Notes: generated by a model from the letters alone, not told the origin. Shown: positions 47,276 to 57,412, counted from the first letter of the stretch. The stretch is 64,000 nucleotides of DNA from an uncultured Spirochaetales bacterium (GCA_964531405.1 CAZHHK010000001.1:913-64912); one strand, 5' to 3'. Made by a program: numbers and translations.

Positions 47276-48345
47276 AAATAGCCATAGGCTTAAGCGGCGG
47301 GGTTGATTCTACAATGACCGCCAGTTTATTGAAGGAACAGGGACACGAAGTAATCGGTTTAACAATGAAACTCTGGGATGAAACAAACAGAGCAACTGTT
47401 ACAAAATCTGCATGTTTCGGTCCCGATGAACTAAAAGATATCGATGATTTAAAACGAATTGCCTCAAAACTTGAGATCCCCTTACACATAATAGATCTAT
47501 CAAAAGAATATTCACAGACAATCCTGTCGTATTTTCAGGAAGAATATTTATCGGGCAGAACTCCCAATCCCTGCGTACGATGCAATCAGACAATGAAATT
47601 CAATCTCCTGTTAAAAAAAGCTTACGACAGTGGGATATATTTTGATAAGTTTGCCACAGGTCATTATGCACGCATTGTCTTTGATGAGTCAAAATCACGC
47701 TATTTATTGAAAAAAGGGCTTGATCCAAAAAAAGACCAGTCGTATTTCCTTGTTCTTTTAAAACAGGAACAATTGTCAAAAATAATCTTCCCTCTTGGAG
47801 AGATGACAAAAGACAAAGTAAAATCGAAGGCAAAAGAATTAAAACTCGGTCTGCATGAAAAAAAGGAAAGTCAGGATTTTTATTCTGGTGATTACATAGA
47901 TTTGATAAGTAAAATCCCTGAAGCAGGAAAAATCATCCACAAGGACGGCAAAGTCCTTGGCACTCATAAAGGGATATGCTTTTATACCATAGGTCAGAGA
48001 AAAGGGCTTGGAGTATCATATAAAGAGCCTCTATACGTAATCAAAATCGACAAGAAAACAAACACTGTAATAGTAGGCTCTGAGAATGATCTTTTTAAAA
48101 GCGAATTGATCGTATCAAACATAAACTGGATAGCATTTGAAAAGCCTGTAAATCCCTTTAAAGCAAAAGTAAGAGTTAGATATCTTCATAAAGAAGATGA
48201 TGCAGAAATAATCCCTGACGGTAATGGCAAGGCAAGAATTATTTTTGACAAACCCCAAAGGGCGATATCCCCTGGTCAGTATGCTGCTTTTTTTGATGAC
48301 GATACCGTACTCGGTGGCGGCATCATTGACGAAGTATTAAAGTAA
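47272..48345 (+). CDS. mnmA: tRNA-specific 2-thiouridylase MnmA
   Basis: 357 aa; PP-loop GLSGGVDST; catalytic Cys motif PNPCVRCN; overlaps the LarE-like gene by 4 nt. Confidence 0.85.
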   Translation: MKIAIGLSGGVDSTMTASLLKEQGHEVIGLTMKLWDETNRATVTKSACFGPDELKDIDDLKRIASKLEIPLHIIDLSKEYSQTILSYFQEEYLSGRTPNPCVRCNQTMKFNLLLKKAYDSGIYFDKFATGHYARIVFDESKSRYLLKKGLDPKKDQSYFLVLLKQEQLSKIIFPLGEMTKDKVKSKAKELKLGLHEKKESQDFYSGDYIDLISKIPEAGKIIHKDGKVLGTHKGICFYTIGQRKGLGVSYKEPLYVIKIDKKTNTVIVGSENDLFKSELIVSNINWIAFEKPVNPFKAKVRVRYLHKEDDAEIIPDGNGKARIIFDKPQRAISPGQYAAFFDDDTVLGGGIIDEVLK

Positions 48346-48361
48346 TTAAAGTAATTAAAGA

Positions 48362-49126
48362 TTACTCCTCACCAGAAAGATATCTGCTATTTATATTACT
48401 CATGGATTTAAAAATATTATATTTAATAACATCATTCCCTTTTGTGAATACTTTTAATGACTCCCTAATTTCTTTCCTTTTTGAATTAGCTCCATATGGA
48501 CATTTGCAGGAAAGACTGTCAAAACCTGCTTCTTTTGCAAACTCGATTATAAGGCTTTCCTTTACCTCGGATAGAGGTCTAATTATGGTTAAGGGATAAT
48601 TATCAAACTGCATCACAGGAAGCATCCCTGCAATCTGTCCCTTGTAAAACATGTTCATCAACAGCGTTTCCACGATGTCATCAAGATGATGCCCAAGAGC
48701 AATCTTATTAAAACCGTTTTCCCTTGCATATTTCATAAGCTCCATCCTCCTCTGGGAAGAGCACCAGTAACAGTTCATAGTCTTGCCGTTTTTTACTCTT
48801 TTTAATATTGCAACATCAATGATTTTAAAAGGAATTCCCATTTCATTGAATTTTTCTTCGAGTTTTGAGTTCTGGCAACATGTGCAAAAATCGGATTGAA
48901 TGTGGACTGCCTCAAAATCGAATTTAATCGGAAACCTTTTTTTTCTTTCTTTAAGATCAAATAGCATTGTCATAGAGTCCTTACCACCTGAAATCGCAGC
49001 AAGAATTCTATCATTTTCTTTTATCATACCGTATTTGAAAATGGTTTTACCGATTATTTTTGAAATCTTTGATGAAATTTTACTCATTGGAATTTGTTTT
49101 ATAACATTTATCTTCAAATCGTTCAA
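48362..49126 (-). CDS. TtcA-like tRNA thiolation PP-loop ATPase
   Basis: 254 aa; PP-loop AISGGKDS; cysteine clusters (CTCCQ, CYWC) consistent with Fe-S-dependent TtcA-type enzymes. Confidence 0.7.
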   Translation of the reverse strand: MNDLKINVIKQIPMSKISSKISKIIGKTIFKYGMIKENDRILAAISGGKDSMTMLFDLKERKKRFPIKFDFEAVHIQSDFCTCCQNSKLEEKFNEMGIPFKIIDVAILKRVKNGKTMNCYWCSSQRRMELMKYARENGFNKIALGHHLDDIVETLLMNMFYKGQIAGMLPVMQFDNYPLTIIRPLSEVKESLIIEFAKEAGFDSLSCKCPYGANSKRKEIRESLKVFTKGNDVIKYNIFKSMSNINSRYLSGEE

Positions 49127-49138
49127 TATTACATGAAT

Positions 49139-49888
49139 TTACAATCCGGTAGGTATATCAAAAAAAACAGAATTGATATTTAGTTTCTCTTCTATCAATC
49201 TTCTCAATGCCTTTACACCAAAAGTCTCGGTAAAATAATGACCAGCAAATAAAACATTAATTTTATTTTCCTTTGCCTGATGATATATTACATGTTCGGC
49301 ATCGCCTGTAATAAACAAATCAAATTTGTTGTTTACCGCCTCATCGAAAGCAAAATTACCACCGCCTGAAACAACACCAATTTTCCTTATTTCCTTATTA
49401 CCGAAATCAAAATATTTAATGCTATTACTTTCAATTTTTAAATTTAATATTATTTCCTCTATGGTAAAAGGCGTATTGTTCTCGCAATACCAGCCAATCT
49501 TTACTCCTTTATAATTTGCAAATAATTCTTTTTTATCATAACCTATAGCCTTCAATATCTGGATATTATTTCCATAATCCTCATGACAGTCAAGAGGCAA
49601 ATGATATGCTATAAGTCCAATATCATTATCAAGAAACATCTTTACTCTTTCTCTAAAGTTACCAGTTATAGGGTTTATTTTTGACCAAAACAATCCGTGA
49701 TGTACGACAAGTAACTTGCAGTTGTTTTTTAGAGCCTCTTTGATAGCCTCAACCGATGCATCAACGGTAAACCCTATTTTATCAATATCGCCTATATTTT
49801 CAACCTGAATGCCATTAATCGCATAATCAGGCATCGTCATCGGATCCAGTAAATTTTTTAAGAATTTATCGATTTCTTTTATTAACAT
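49139..49888 (-). CDS. Nif3-family dinuclear metal centre protein (YqfO/GTP cyclohydrolase I type 2-like)
   Basis: 249 aa; conserved His clusters (VVHHGLFW, AYHLPLD, AGHYFTE). Confidence 0.75.
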   Translation of the reverse strand: MLIKEIDKFLKNLLDPMTMPDYAINGIQVENIGDIDKIGFTVDASVEAIKEALKNNCKLLVVHHGLFWSKINPITGNFRERVKMFLDNDIGLIAYHLPLDCHEDYGNNIQILKAIGYDKKELFANYKGVKIGWYCENNTPFTIEEIILNLKIESNSIKYFDFGNKEIRKIGVVSGGGNFAFDEAVNNKFDLFITGDAEHVIYHQAKENKINVLFAGHYFTETFGVKALRRLIEEKLNINSVFFDIPTGL

Positions 49889-49902
49889 AAGAATACCTTA
49901 AT

Positions 49903-50676
49903 TTACTTTACTAATGAAGGGTGGGAAATTTTAATAATACTGTATAATTCTTTTTCTATATATTTCTTTAGAATGCTTTTATTTTTATTAAATAAATAAT
50001 ACTTGTTAATATGATTTAAAATAATCTTATTTTGCTTTTCTTTAATATTAAACATTGAGGTTAAAAAATCAAACACCTTATCTATAAAATTTATTTCCAG
50101 AAGCAGGACTATTATTTCAAATAAAAATCCTGCAGGATTACCAAATTTATTTGAGTATTTACTGAATAATTTTTTAGCACCATTCATATTATTAAGAGCA
50201 ATAAAATCGGCACAAAGTAAATAATAAAATTCTTCGGATTTATATTTTATTATACTGTCTTCACAGATAGTTTCAGCGGTATGAAATTTTTCAGTATAAA
50301 AAGAAATAAGGGCTTTCTGATATGATAATATTTTTCCTGCTTCCCTAGAATCAACCTCATGGTCTTCAAGATATAATTCCCAACCTATATTATTAAATTT
50401 AACTGCTTCATCATATTCTCCCAATTTGATAAGACAGTCAACCTTATTTAATAAAGCCTCGATGGAAGAGCTAACTTCAAACAATTTGCCATAAAAAAAA
50501 GAAGCGAGATTTATTTTACTTGCATCTTTTAAAGCCTTAGATAAAACTAAAAATTTATTTTTCGAATTCAGTCCTTCAAAATACTTTAATGAAATACCGC
50601 AATCCCCTGCCATTTTTGTCAGATTATACCTCTTTTCATAGTACTCATAAGTTTTATCAATTTCAGTCAAATCCAT
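49903..50676 (-). CDS. Hypothetical alpha-helical protein (TPR-like)
   Basis: 257-aa ORF; helical repeat-like; no motif. Confidence 0.35.
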   Translation of the reverse strand: MDLTEIDKTYEYYEKRYNLTKMAGDCGISLKYFEGLNSKNKFLVLSKALKDASKINLASFFYGKLFEVSSSIEALLNKVDCLIKLGEYDEAVKFNNIGWELYLEDHEVDSREAGKILSYQKALISFYTEKFHTAETICEDSIIKYKSEEFYYLLCADFIALNNMNGAKKLFSKYSNKFGNPAGFLFEIIVLLLEINFIDKVFDFLTSMFNIKEKQNKIILNHINKYYLFNKNKSILKKYIEKELYSIIKISHPSLVK

Positions 50677-51048
50677 TTGTATTTTATAAGCTCCTCTTTT
50701 TATATTATACTATATAAAGCAAATTTATCAAAATTTAATGAATTTATTAAAAATTTTACAAGTTTTGTTGATATAAAATAAACTGATCCACACCAGCTAA
50801 TCAATTTTAAAAATTCTTTCTTAATTTATAGTAAATTTTACGGAATAATTTTCTTAAAAATCAAATTTTAAAGCTTGTTTTTTTTATTTTTTCCTAAGTT
50901 AATAACCACTCGTCCTTAATAATTTCGCCTTTTATACTTACAACAATAAGCTTTAAAGGATACTAACAGAATTTACAATAAAATTCTGTTTTATCGCTTA
51001 ATAAGATATGATATTATCCGTGTTATTTGTAAATATGGATAATGATTT

Positions 51049-51696
51049 GTGAAATATAAAAAATTTAATTTAGTGGAAATAAGTAAAAGTCTTATAGCTT
51101 TTGGTAAAAATTTTAATAAAATAAATTCTCAACTTGATATCAAGAGAGAAGACTTTACCCGTGAGATGGTTTTAAACATAGTAGAGTCGTATAATTTTTT
51201 GAATACTCTTCTTGAAAAAAATATAGATTTATTCTCTGCCGGAGGATTATATTCACTTTTAGAGTTAAACCATATTGTCTTATGCGGCACAGATCCTAAA
51301 AAAAGATTTGAATACCATACTTATATTATGGAGACAAGAAAAAGATTTCAAGAAAACATAAAGCCTATCTTAAAATGGTATAAAAATGAAAAAGAAAAAG
51401 CGGGTCCTTTTAAATTAGCCGCTGCTTTTTATATCCAAGCATTAAGCCAACCTCAACTGTTTATCGAAGGCAACCATAGGACAGAAAATGTAATATTAAA
51501 TTATATACTTATAACTTTTGATAAAGCTCCTTTTATAATTGGGGTTGATAATGCTCTAGAATATTTCAATTTATCCTCAAAAATTAAATTTTCCAGTAAA
51601 AACAGTTTTATAACAAATTTATCAGAATATCCTGCAATCAAAGATGGATTAAAAGAACTATTCAATAAATATAATGACTATAAGTATATTAATTGA
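51049..51696 (+). CDS. Hypothetical protein
   Basis: 215-aa ORF with GTG start; no recognisable motif. Confidence 0.35.
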   Translation: MKYKKFNLVEISKSLIAFGKNFNKINSQLDIKREDFTREMVLNIVESYNFLNTLLEKNIDLFSAGGLYSLLELNHIVLCGTDPKKRFEYHTYIMETRKRFQENIKPILKWYKNEKEKAGPFKLAAAFYIQALSQPQLFIEGNHRTENVILNYILITFDKAPFIIGVDNALEYFNLSSKIKFSSKNSFITNLSEYPAIKDGLKELFNKYNDYKYIN

Positions 51697-51850
51697 AAAA
51701 TCACAAATATCCCTTTAACTCCATAATAATAATAAAAAATAGTTTTATGTATAATCTTAAAAAGAGTTGAATAAATATCAGATTTAGTGTATATAATTTA
51801 TATTTTCCTTAACACAAACCTAACATTTTTAAAAAACTAAGGGCTTATCT

Positions 51851-53530
51851 ATGACTTTTGTCGGTAATTTCCTCTGGGGGATAGTTAAAATTGCAGGAAG
51901 TCTAGGAATATTCTTATTCGGCATGAGAGTAATGAGCGACTCCATACAAAAAACAGCCGGAGAGAAACTCCAGTCTTTATTGAATGCCATGACATATAAC
52001 AGAATAACAGGGGTAATAACAGGAATGGTAATTACCGGCATAATTCAATCATCCAGTGCAACAACCGTAATCCTTGTTAGTCTTGTAAATGCTGGTTTAA
52101 TGAATCTAACAAAAGCAATAAGTGTTATTATGGGAGCTAACATTGGTACAACATTAACTGCATGGATAGTTTCTTTAATCGGCTTTAAATTTGATATCAA
52201 TATTTTTATAATGCCTGCTATAGCAGTAGGGTTCCCTTTGATATTTAATAAACATGAAAAAGTAAGAAACACAGGAGAAATATTAATTGGCTTTGGTTTA
52301 CTTTTTTTAGGAATATGCTTTTTAAAAGAGGCAGTACCTCAGCCTAATTTGGAAAATGCCTCACTTAAAAATATCATAACAACTCTTGCTGGTTATCGAT
52401 TTTACTCTGTTATATTGTTTGTTATAATTGGATCATTGATTACAATGATAATTCAATCCTCTAGCGCTGCAATGGCAATTACAATAACCATGGGATTTAA
52501 AGGCTGGATAAATTTTGAGACTGCCGCAGCGCTCTGTCTTGGTGAAAACATAGGTACTACTATTACTGCTTTTATAGCATCTTTAGGAATGAAGCCACCA
52601 GCAAGGAGAGCTGCAAGAGCTCACATGCTTTTTAATGTCTTTGGTGTTTTATGGATATTAATGGTATTTTATCCGTTTGTAAAAATGATTTATTTAATTA
52701 TTCCCGGAGATATCCTTAATCCTAAAACATTTCCTGTTCATCTATCTCTTTTTCATACGATGTTTAATGTAGCAAACACTTTTATATTAATATGGTTTAT
52801 ACCATTATTTGCACGAATTGTTGAATTCTTGATTCCATATAAAGAAGAAGATCAGATAAAAGAATATAAATTGGACTTTATCGAGACAAGCTATCCAGAC
52901 TTTGCCGAAACTAATCTGGCTTTAGCTAAAAGAGAAATCGGCAATATATCTGTTATTGTCTATGATATGCTGATAATGTTTTTAAATGCAATAAAACAAG
53001 ATAAAAAAGAAATAACCCTTGTAGAAGAAAAAATAGAAAAAACAGATAAAAAAGTCGATGTCATGTACGAAGAAATAAGCAGATTTCTTGCAGAATGCAG
53101 AAAAAATATAATAATTGAAAAACAGTCGTTTTCTATTAATTCAATGTTAATTATTGTAAGTGAATTAAAAAGTATTAGCAATAGTTGTGAAAATTTGATC
53201 CAGTTATTAAAGAAAAAAGAAAAGAAAAAATTAAAATTTCATAAAAATGCAAAGAAAGAAATTGAAGAGTATACCGAGGAAGTTTTAGATTTTTTAAAAT
53301 ATAATTCGGATTATATAAAGCAATCGCTAAAAATACACAACATAGATTTGGCTGAAAAAATGGAAAAAGTAATTAATTCAAAAAGGGATAGATTAAGAAA
53401 AATTTCACAAAACAAGATGATGGAAGGAGCGAGCATTCAAGGAGAGCTTATCTATATGGATATAATAAAACATCTTGAGCATATAGGTGACTTCAGCATG
53501 AATATTGCTCATTCTTTGCAGGATATATAA
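51851..53530 (+). CDS. Na+/phosphate cotransporter family protein (NptA-like, with C-terminal PhoU-like domain)
   Basis: 559 aa; duplicated Na/Pi-cotransporter repeats (IQSSSATTVILVSL..., IQSSSAAMAIT...); C-terminal soluble helical domain. Confidence 0.85.
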   Translation: MTFVGNFLWGIVKIAGSLGIFLFGMRVMSDSIQKTAGEKLQSLLNAMTYNRITGVITGMVITGIIQSSSATTVILVSLVNAGLMNLTKAISVIMGANIGTTLTAWIVSLIGFKFDINIFIMPAIAVGFPLIFNKHEKVRNTGEILIGFGLLFLGICFLKEAVPQPNLENASLKNIITTLAGYRFYSVILFVIIGSLITMIIQSSSAAMAITITMGFKGWINFETAAALCLGENIGTTITAFIASLGMKPPARRAARAHMLFNVFGVLWILMVFYPFVKMIYLIIPGDILNPKTFPVHLSLFHTMFNVANTFILIWFIPLFARIVEFLIPYKEEDQIKEYKLDFIETSYPDFAETNLALAKREIGNISVIVYDMLIMFLNAIKQDKKEITLVEEKIEKTDKKVDVMYEEISRFLAECRKNIIIEKQSFSINSMLIIVSELKSISNSCENLIQLLKKKEKKKLKFHKNAKKEIEEYTEEVLDFLKYNSDYIKQSLKIHNIDLAEKMEKVINSKRDRLRKISQNKMMEGASIQGELIYMDIIKHLEHIGDFSMNIAHSLQDI

Positions 53531-53561
53531 TCAATAAAATTTGATTTATCTTAAAATAAAA

Positions 53562-53600
53562 AGAACAGATACTTTTTTTATGCAATAAAGTATCTGTTCT
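53562..53600. terminator. Strong hairpin between convergent genes; terminator for the leuCD-like operon (minus strand)
   Basis: 12-bp perfect stem AGAACAGATACT / AGTATCTGTTCT with a 15-nt loop. On the minus strand it is followed by a T-run. On the plus strand it is followed only by a weak T-tract. Confidence 0.6.
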
Positions 53601-53656
53601 TGAAAAATTATAGTTTTTTGCATATCATAATAACAGAGATTGGGACAGTGCCCTCA

Positions 53657-54181
53657 TCAATATTTTTTGTCAGCGTATTCTACCCAGCCGCCAGCTTTTA
53701 CAAGCTCATAGTCAAAAGGCTCAAGTTTAAAATCGATATTCTCTATCTTGTCATTATAATTTATCTGAATAAGCGAATTTTCAAGGAAAACCTTTACTGA
53801 GATTTCCTTGCCTTTATAATCCTTGAATAACCTGTCTATTACATTCTTTGGAAGTTCGATTGCAAGCATCCCGCAATTGTACATATTCTGCCTGAATATT
53901 CTTGCAAAGCTTTCTGCGATTACTACATTTATACCATTAACTTCAAGAGCCCATGGAGCATGCTCCCTTGAGGAGCCACAGCCAAAATTTGCTCTTGTAA
54001 TTATGCAGGCTTTGCCGGCTAAATCTGTTTTCTGATTGAAATCCTCAAGCTTTAAATCTTCCAGTAAAAAAGGTTTTAATGCTTCCTTTGTAATCTCAGT
54101 AAGATATTTTGCCGGAATAATCTCGTCAGTATTTATATCTGATCTGTCTAAAAATAATACTTTTCCTTCGAATTCTTTCAT
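53657..54181 (-). CDS. leuD: 3-isopropylmalate dehydratase small subunit (aconitase-family LeuD-like)
   Basis: 174 aa; swivel-domain motif ANFGCGSSREHAPWAL. Confidence 0.75.
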   Translation of the reverse strand: MKEFEGKVLFLDRSDINTDEIIPAKYLTEITKEALKPFLLEDLKLEDFNQKTDLAGKACIITRANFGCGSSREHAPWALEVNGINVVIAESFARIFRQNMYNCGMLAIELPKNVIDRLFKDYKGKEISVKVFLENSLIQINYNDKIENIDFKLEPFDYELVKAGGWVEYADKKY

Positions 54182-54183
54182 GA

Positions 54184-55476
54184 CTATTTGCCTCCCTTGT
54201 AAAGCTTTGAGTTTGTTATCTTCCCAGTAATTGCCGTTGCAGCTGCTGTTGCAGGACTCATTAAGTACACCATGCCACCCTTACCCATCCTGCCGTAAAA
54301 ATTACGATTGGTTGTTGATGCACATGACTCACCTTCTGCCAACACACCATTACTCATACCCAGGCATGCGCCACAGGTCGGGTTTGTAACACAGAAACCA
54401 GCATCGGCAAATATCTTCAATAAGCCGTCCTCCATCGCTCTATTATATATTAACGGTGTTGCAGGAGATACAATGGCTCTCACATTATCGCTTATCTTAT
54501 TACCTTTTATAACCTCTGCCGCGATTACAAGGTCTTCGTATCTGCCGTTTGTACATGAGCCGATGTAGATCTGATCAACCGGGGTTCCTTCCATCTCTTT
54601 AACTGTTTTTACCTCATCAGGTTTATAGCCGTAAGTTACAACAGGCTCCAGTTTGCTTAAGTCGTATTCAATAACCTTTTCGTATTTTGCATCTTTATCT
54701 GAGACCCATTTCTGGAAATCCCTTAATGCATCTTCCTTTGATTTATAATCGTTTTTTATAAAATCCCACAGGTATTCTACGGTTGTCATGTCAGGATAAC
54801 AAACTCCGCAAGTTCCACCTGCCTCGATTGCCATGTTGCATAAAGTCATTCTGGACTCCATACTCATCGTATCGACTATGGGTCCAGTGAATTCCATTAT
54901 CATATTAGTTGCACCGTTTACGCCGATTTTGGAAATAATGTAGAGTATTACATCCTTAGCATAAACACCTGCCGGCAATTTGCCGTTTAAGACAAATTTC
55001 ATGGTTTTTGGCTCTTTGAAAGCGCAGACACCTTTTAATATGCCGACTTCAAGATCCGTTGTGCCAACTCCTGCAGCAAATGCCCCAAACGCTCCGTGAG
55101 TACAGGTATGAGAATCACCCATGATTATCGTATATCCAGGTCTGACAAATCCTTTTTCAGGGAATATTGCATGGCATACGCCGTTTCGTCCAATATCAAA
55201 GAAATCTTTAATCTTGTTTCTTCTTGCCCAATCTCTTAAAATTTTACCCTGCATTGCAGTTTTGGAATCTTTTGCAGGTGTCACATGATCTATGACCGCT
55301 TTTATCTTTGACGGATCAAAAACCCTGTCCTTGCCTCTTGCAACAAGATCGTTCAATGCAACTGGTGTTGTAATTTCGTGACAGAAGACCGCATCGAGCC
55401 TTAAAACATTGATGCATTCAAAAGGCTTGTCGACTAAATGAGATTCGAATATTTTTTCTCCAATTGTTTTACCCAT
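54184..55476 (-). CDS. leuC: 3-isopropylmalate dehydratase large subunit (aconitase-family LeuC-like, short archaeal-type)
   Basis: 430 aa; Fe-S cluster Cys ligands (GSCTNGR, CGACLG); aconitase catalytic-domain blocks. 2-nt gap to leuD. Confidence 0.8.
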   Translation of the reverse strand: MGKTIGEKIFESHLVDKPFECINVLRLDAVFCHEITTPVALNDLVARGKDRVFDPSKIKAVIDHVTPAKDSKTAMQGKILRDWARRNKIKDFFDIGRNGVCHAIFPEKGFVRPGYTIIMGDSHTCTHGAFGAFAAGVGTTDLEVGILKGVCAFKEPKTMKFVLNGKLPAGVYAKDVILYIISKIGVNGATNMIMEFTGPIVDTMSMESRMTLCNMAIEAGGTCGVCYPDMTTVEYLWDFIKNDYKSKEDALRDFQKWVSDKDAKYEKVIEYDLSKLEPVVTYGYKPDEVKTVKEMEGTPVDQIYIGSCTNGRYEDLVIAAEVIKGNKISDNVRAIVSPATPLIYNRAMEDGLLKIFADAGFCVTNPTCGACLGMSNGVLAEGESCASTTNRNFYGRMGKGGMVYLMSPATAAATAITGKITNSKLYKGGK

Positions 55477-55562
55477 CTGTATGCTCCTGATTCATAATAA
55501 TATTTTATTTGCTTTTAGTAAAGGCTGTTTAAACTGCAAGTTAAACATTACCTACTAACAAA

Positions 55563-55838
55563 TTATTTTTCATTAACCATTTTATATAATTCTATAGTCC
55601 GGGGTGTCGGCACTCCAAGTCTTTCCCCGAGTCTTATAATAGTTCCTCCAAAAAGCTCTCCTTCATTTTTTCCTTTTTTTGATTCGATGTCCCTCTGGTA
55701 TGAAGTCCTTGCTTCAAATGGAAAACTTTTGGTTTTTTCTCTTATCATTTTTGTCAAACTGCCGCTCCCACAACCTGCGTCAAGTACAGACTCATTTTTC
55801 TTTATATCCCAGCAGATCAAACAATATTCCGCTTGCAT
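55563..55838 (-). pseudogene. Chimeric gene remnant: class-I SAM methyltransferase motif I fragment joined to a ketopantoate-reductase-like C-terminal fragment
   Basis: The 91-aa ORF carries VLDAGCGSGSLT (MTase motif I) but no downstream MTase motifs. It ends with ...GERLGVPTPRTIELYKMV, which resembles ApbA/PanE C-terminal sequence. It is flanked by about 85 nt and about 65 nt of non-coding sequence. Confidence 0.45.
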
Positions 55839-55905
55839 CCTTTTGTATTGATGCTATATCAGCATATTTTTTTGAAACTTCGTTAAAGTTCACAATTTCC
55901 TCCCT

Positions 55906-56472
55906 TTAGCCGAAAAACATCTTTGGTGGAGTTATTATCCAGTATGCTTTTAATTCTGTATTACCTATATTTCTTAAAACATGAGGTACATCCGATGCAA
56001 ATGAAATACTATCACCTTCGTTTAAAGTGTATGTGCTAGTGCCGATGATAAATTCTCCCTTCCCTTTTAAAATTATCCCTAGCTCCTTACCTTTATGCCC
56101 GTATTCCTTGCTACCTTTCTCACCATTTATTTTTATCTCAAGGTAATAGGCTTCAATCCCGTGCTCATCTCCATCGCCAACCGTTCTGGATAAAAGCTCA
56201 TATTTTACATCCTGCATAACAATTTTATTTCTTTCATTGTATCTTACAAGGTTTACGGTTTTGTTTTTTTTAAAATCACCAAAAATGTATTCCAGATCGA
56301 TATCAAGAATATCGATTATTTTTAAAAGAGTATCGATTGCAGGAGATATCTTGTTTGTCTCAATTTGAGAAACAAGGCTCTCGCTTACGCCTGCCTTTTC
56401 AGCAACATCTTTCAAGGTTAATTTTTTCTTTTCTCTTATTCGCCTGATTTTTTCTCCAAAATTATAATTCAT
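55906..56472 (-). CDS. XRE-family HTH regulator with C-terminal cupin domain (paralog of 14133-14684)
   Basis: 188 aa; N-terminal HTH (KLTLKDVAEKAGVSESLVSQIE); cupin motifs (HKGKELGIIL...LNEGDSISF...PHVL). Confidence 0.75.
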   Translation of the reverse strand: MNYNFGEKIRRIREKKKLTLKDVAEKAGVSESLVSQIETNKISPAIDTLLKIIDILDIDLEYIFGDFKKNKTVNLVRYNERNKIVMQDVKYELLSRTVGDGDEHGIEAYYLEIKINGEKGSKEYGHKGKELGIILKGKGEFIIGTSTYTLNEGDSISFASDVPHVLRNIGNTELKAYWIITPPKMFFG

Positions 56473-56621
56473 ACATGCTCTTTATAAATACTAAAGTAAC
56501 TTAAGTATAATTTAATAAAATGCTTTTGTCAATAATAATCTTGGCATAAATTTTTGATGCTTTTGTGATTCTCTTAAGAATTTATTAAAAAGAAGTAAAT
56601 TTTTAAGTAGCAATGATTAAT

Positions 56622-57410
56622 TTACATTAATTTTGTACTTAAAATCTGGTTTACGATAGCCAATACAACGCCGGCAAAATTAATTAGAGAATGCATCCAA
56701 ATTGTTACATTAATCGATTTATTGATCTTTCTCTGAATAGATAAAAAAATACCAATTATGAATGCATAGACAACATTTGTAAAAGAAGGAATATGAAATA
56801 AAGCAAAAAATAAACTTATGATTATTACATCTACATTTTTATATTTTATAAAGTTTTCTATAAATTCCTGTAAAAACCCTCTGAATAAAATTTCTTCATA
56901 AATCGGGGCTATTATTATTATTAAAGTTAACCATATTATAACTTTATAATCTGCTCCATCATCAATAAAATCTAAAAGCTCGACTAATGCTTTATTTGGC
57001 AATATCAGACTGTTTTTAAATTTAAAATTGTCTGGCAATAAATTTATAATTGATGTTATAAATACCAATATGACTAGAGCAATGCCAAATGCTATGATTG
57101 CTGGAATCAGTGCTTTCCCCAAGGAAATAAACCAATTTTCATTGGAAAATAATCTTTCCCTTGTTTTGAATACAAAATTTAACAAGCCATACAAAAGAAA
57201 AAATATAACATACATGGAAATAAGATAAATAATTTCTTTTTCTTCCACCAATTTTATCAAAAAAAGATTGCTACTATAAAATCCACTTATTTTGATAAGC
57301 ACATTTGTTATTAATGCTGATGTAATTATAGGAATTACTAAACAGATAAAAAAAAGAAATAATCCATTTAATCTAGAAAAATACCGATATATCGTATTAT
57401 TTATCATCAC
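56622..57410 (-). CDS. CPBP-family intramembrane metalloprotease (CAAX protease-like)
   Basis: 262 aa; polytopic; EExxxR motif (YEEILFRGFL); FxxxH (FALFH); second His near the C-terminus (WMHSLIN). Confidence 0.75.
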   Translation of the reverse strand: MMINNTIYRYFSRLNGLFLFFICLVIPIITSALITNVLIKISGFYSSNLFLIKLVEEKEIIYLISMYVIFFLLYGLLNFVFKTRERLFSNENWFISLGKALIPAIIAFGIALVILVFITSIINLLPDNFKFKNSLILPNKALVELLDFIDDGADYKVIIWLTLIIIIAPIYEEILFRGFLQEFIENFIKYKNVDVIIISLFFALFHIPSFTNVVYAFIIGIFLSIQRKINKSINVTIWMHSLINFAGVVLAIVNQILSTKLM

Positions 57411-57412
57411 TT

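Noticed and set aside
50940-50990. Inverted repeat ACAGAATT-tacaataa-AATTCTGT upstream of 51049 as a terminator or riboswitch
   Set aside because: It is an 8-bp A/T-rich stem with no convincing U-run in a gene-free direction. It is plausibly chance in AT-rich DNA, with too little evidence to call.
55679-55909. Plus-strand 76-aa ORF as a real gene
   Set aside because: It overlaps the minus-strand remnant ORF almost entirely, has no SD, and has low-complexity composition. It is most likely a spurious ORF inside a decayed region.
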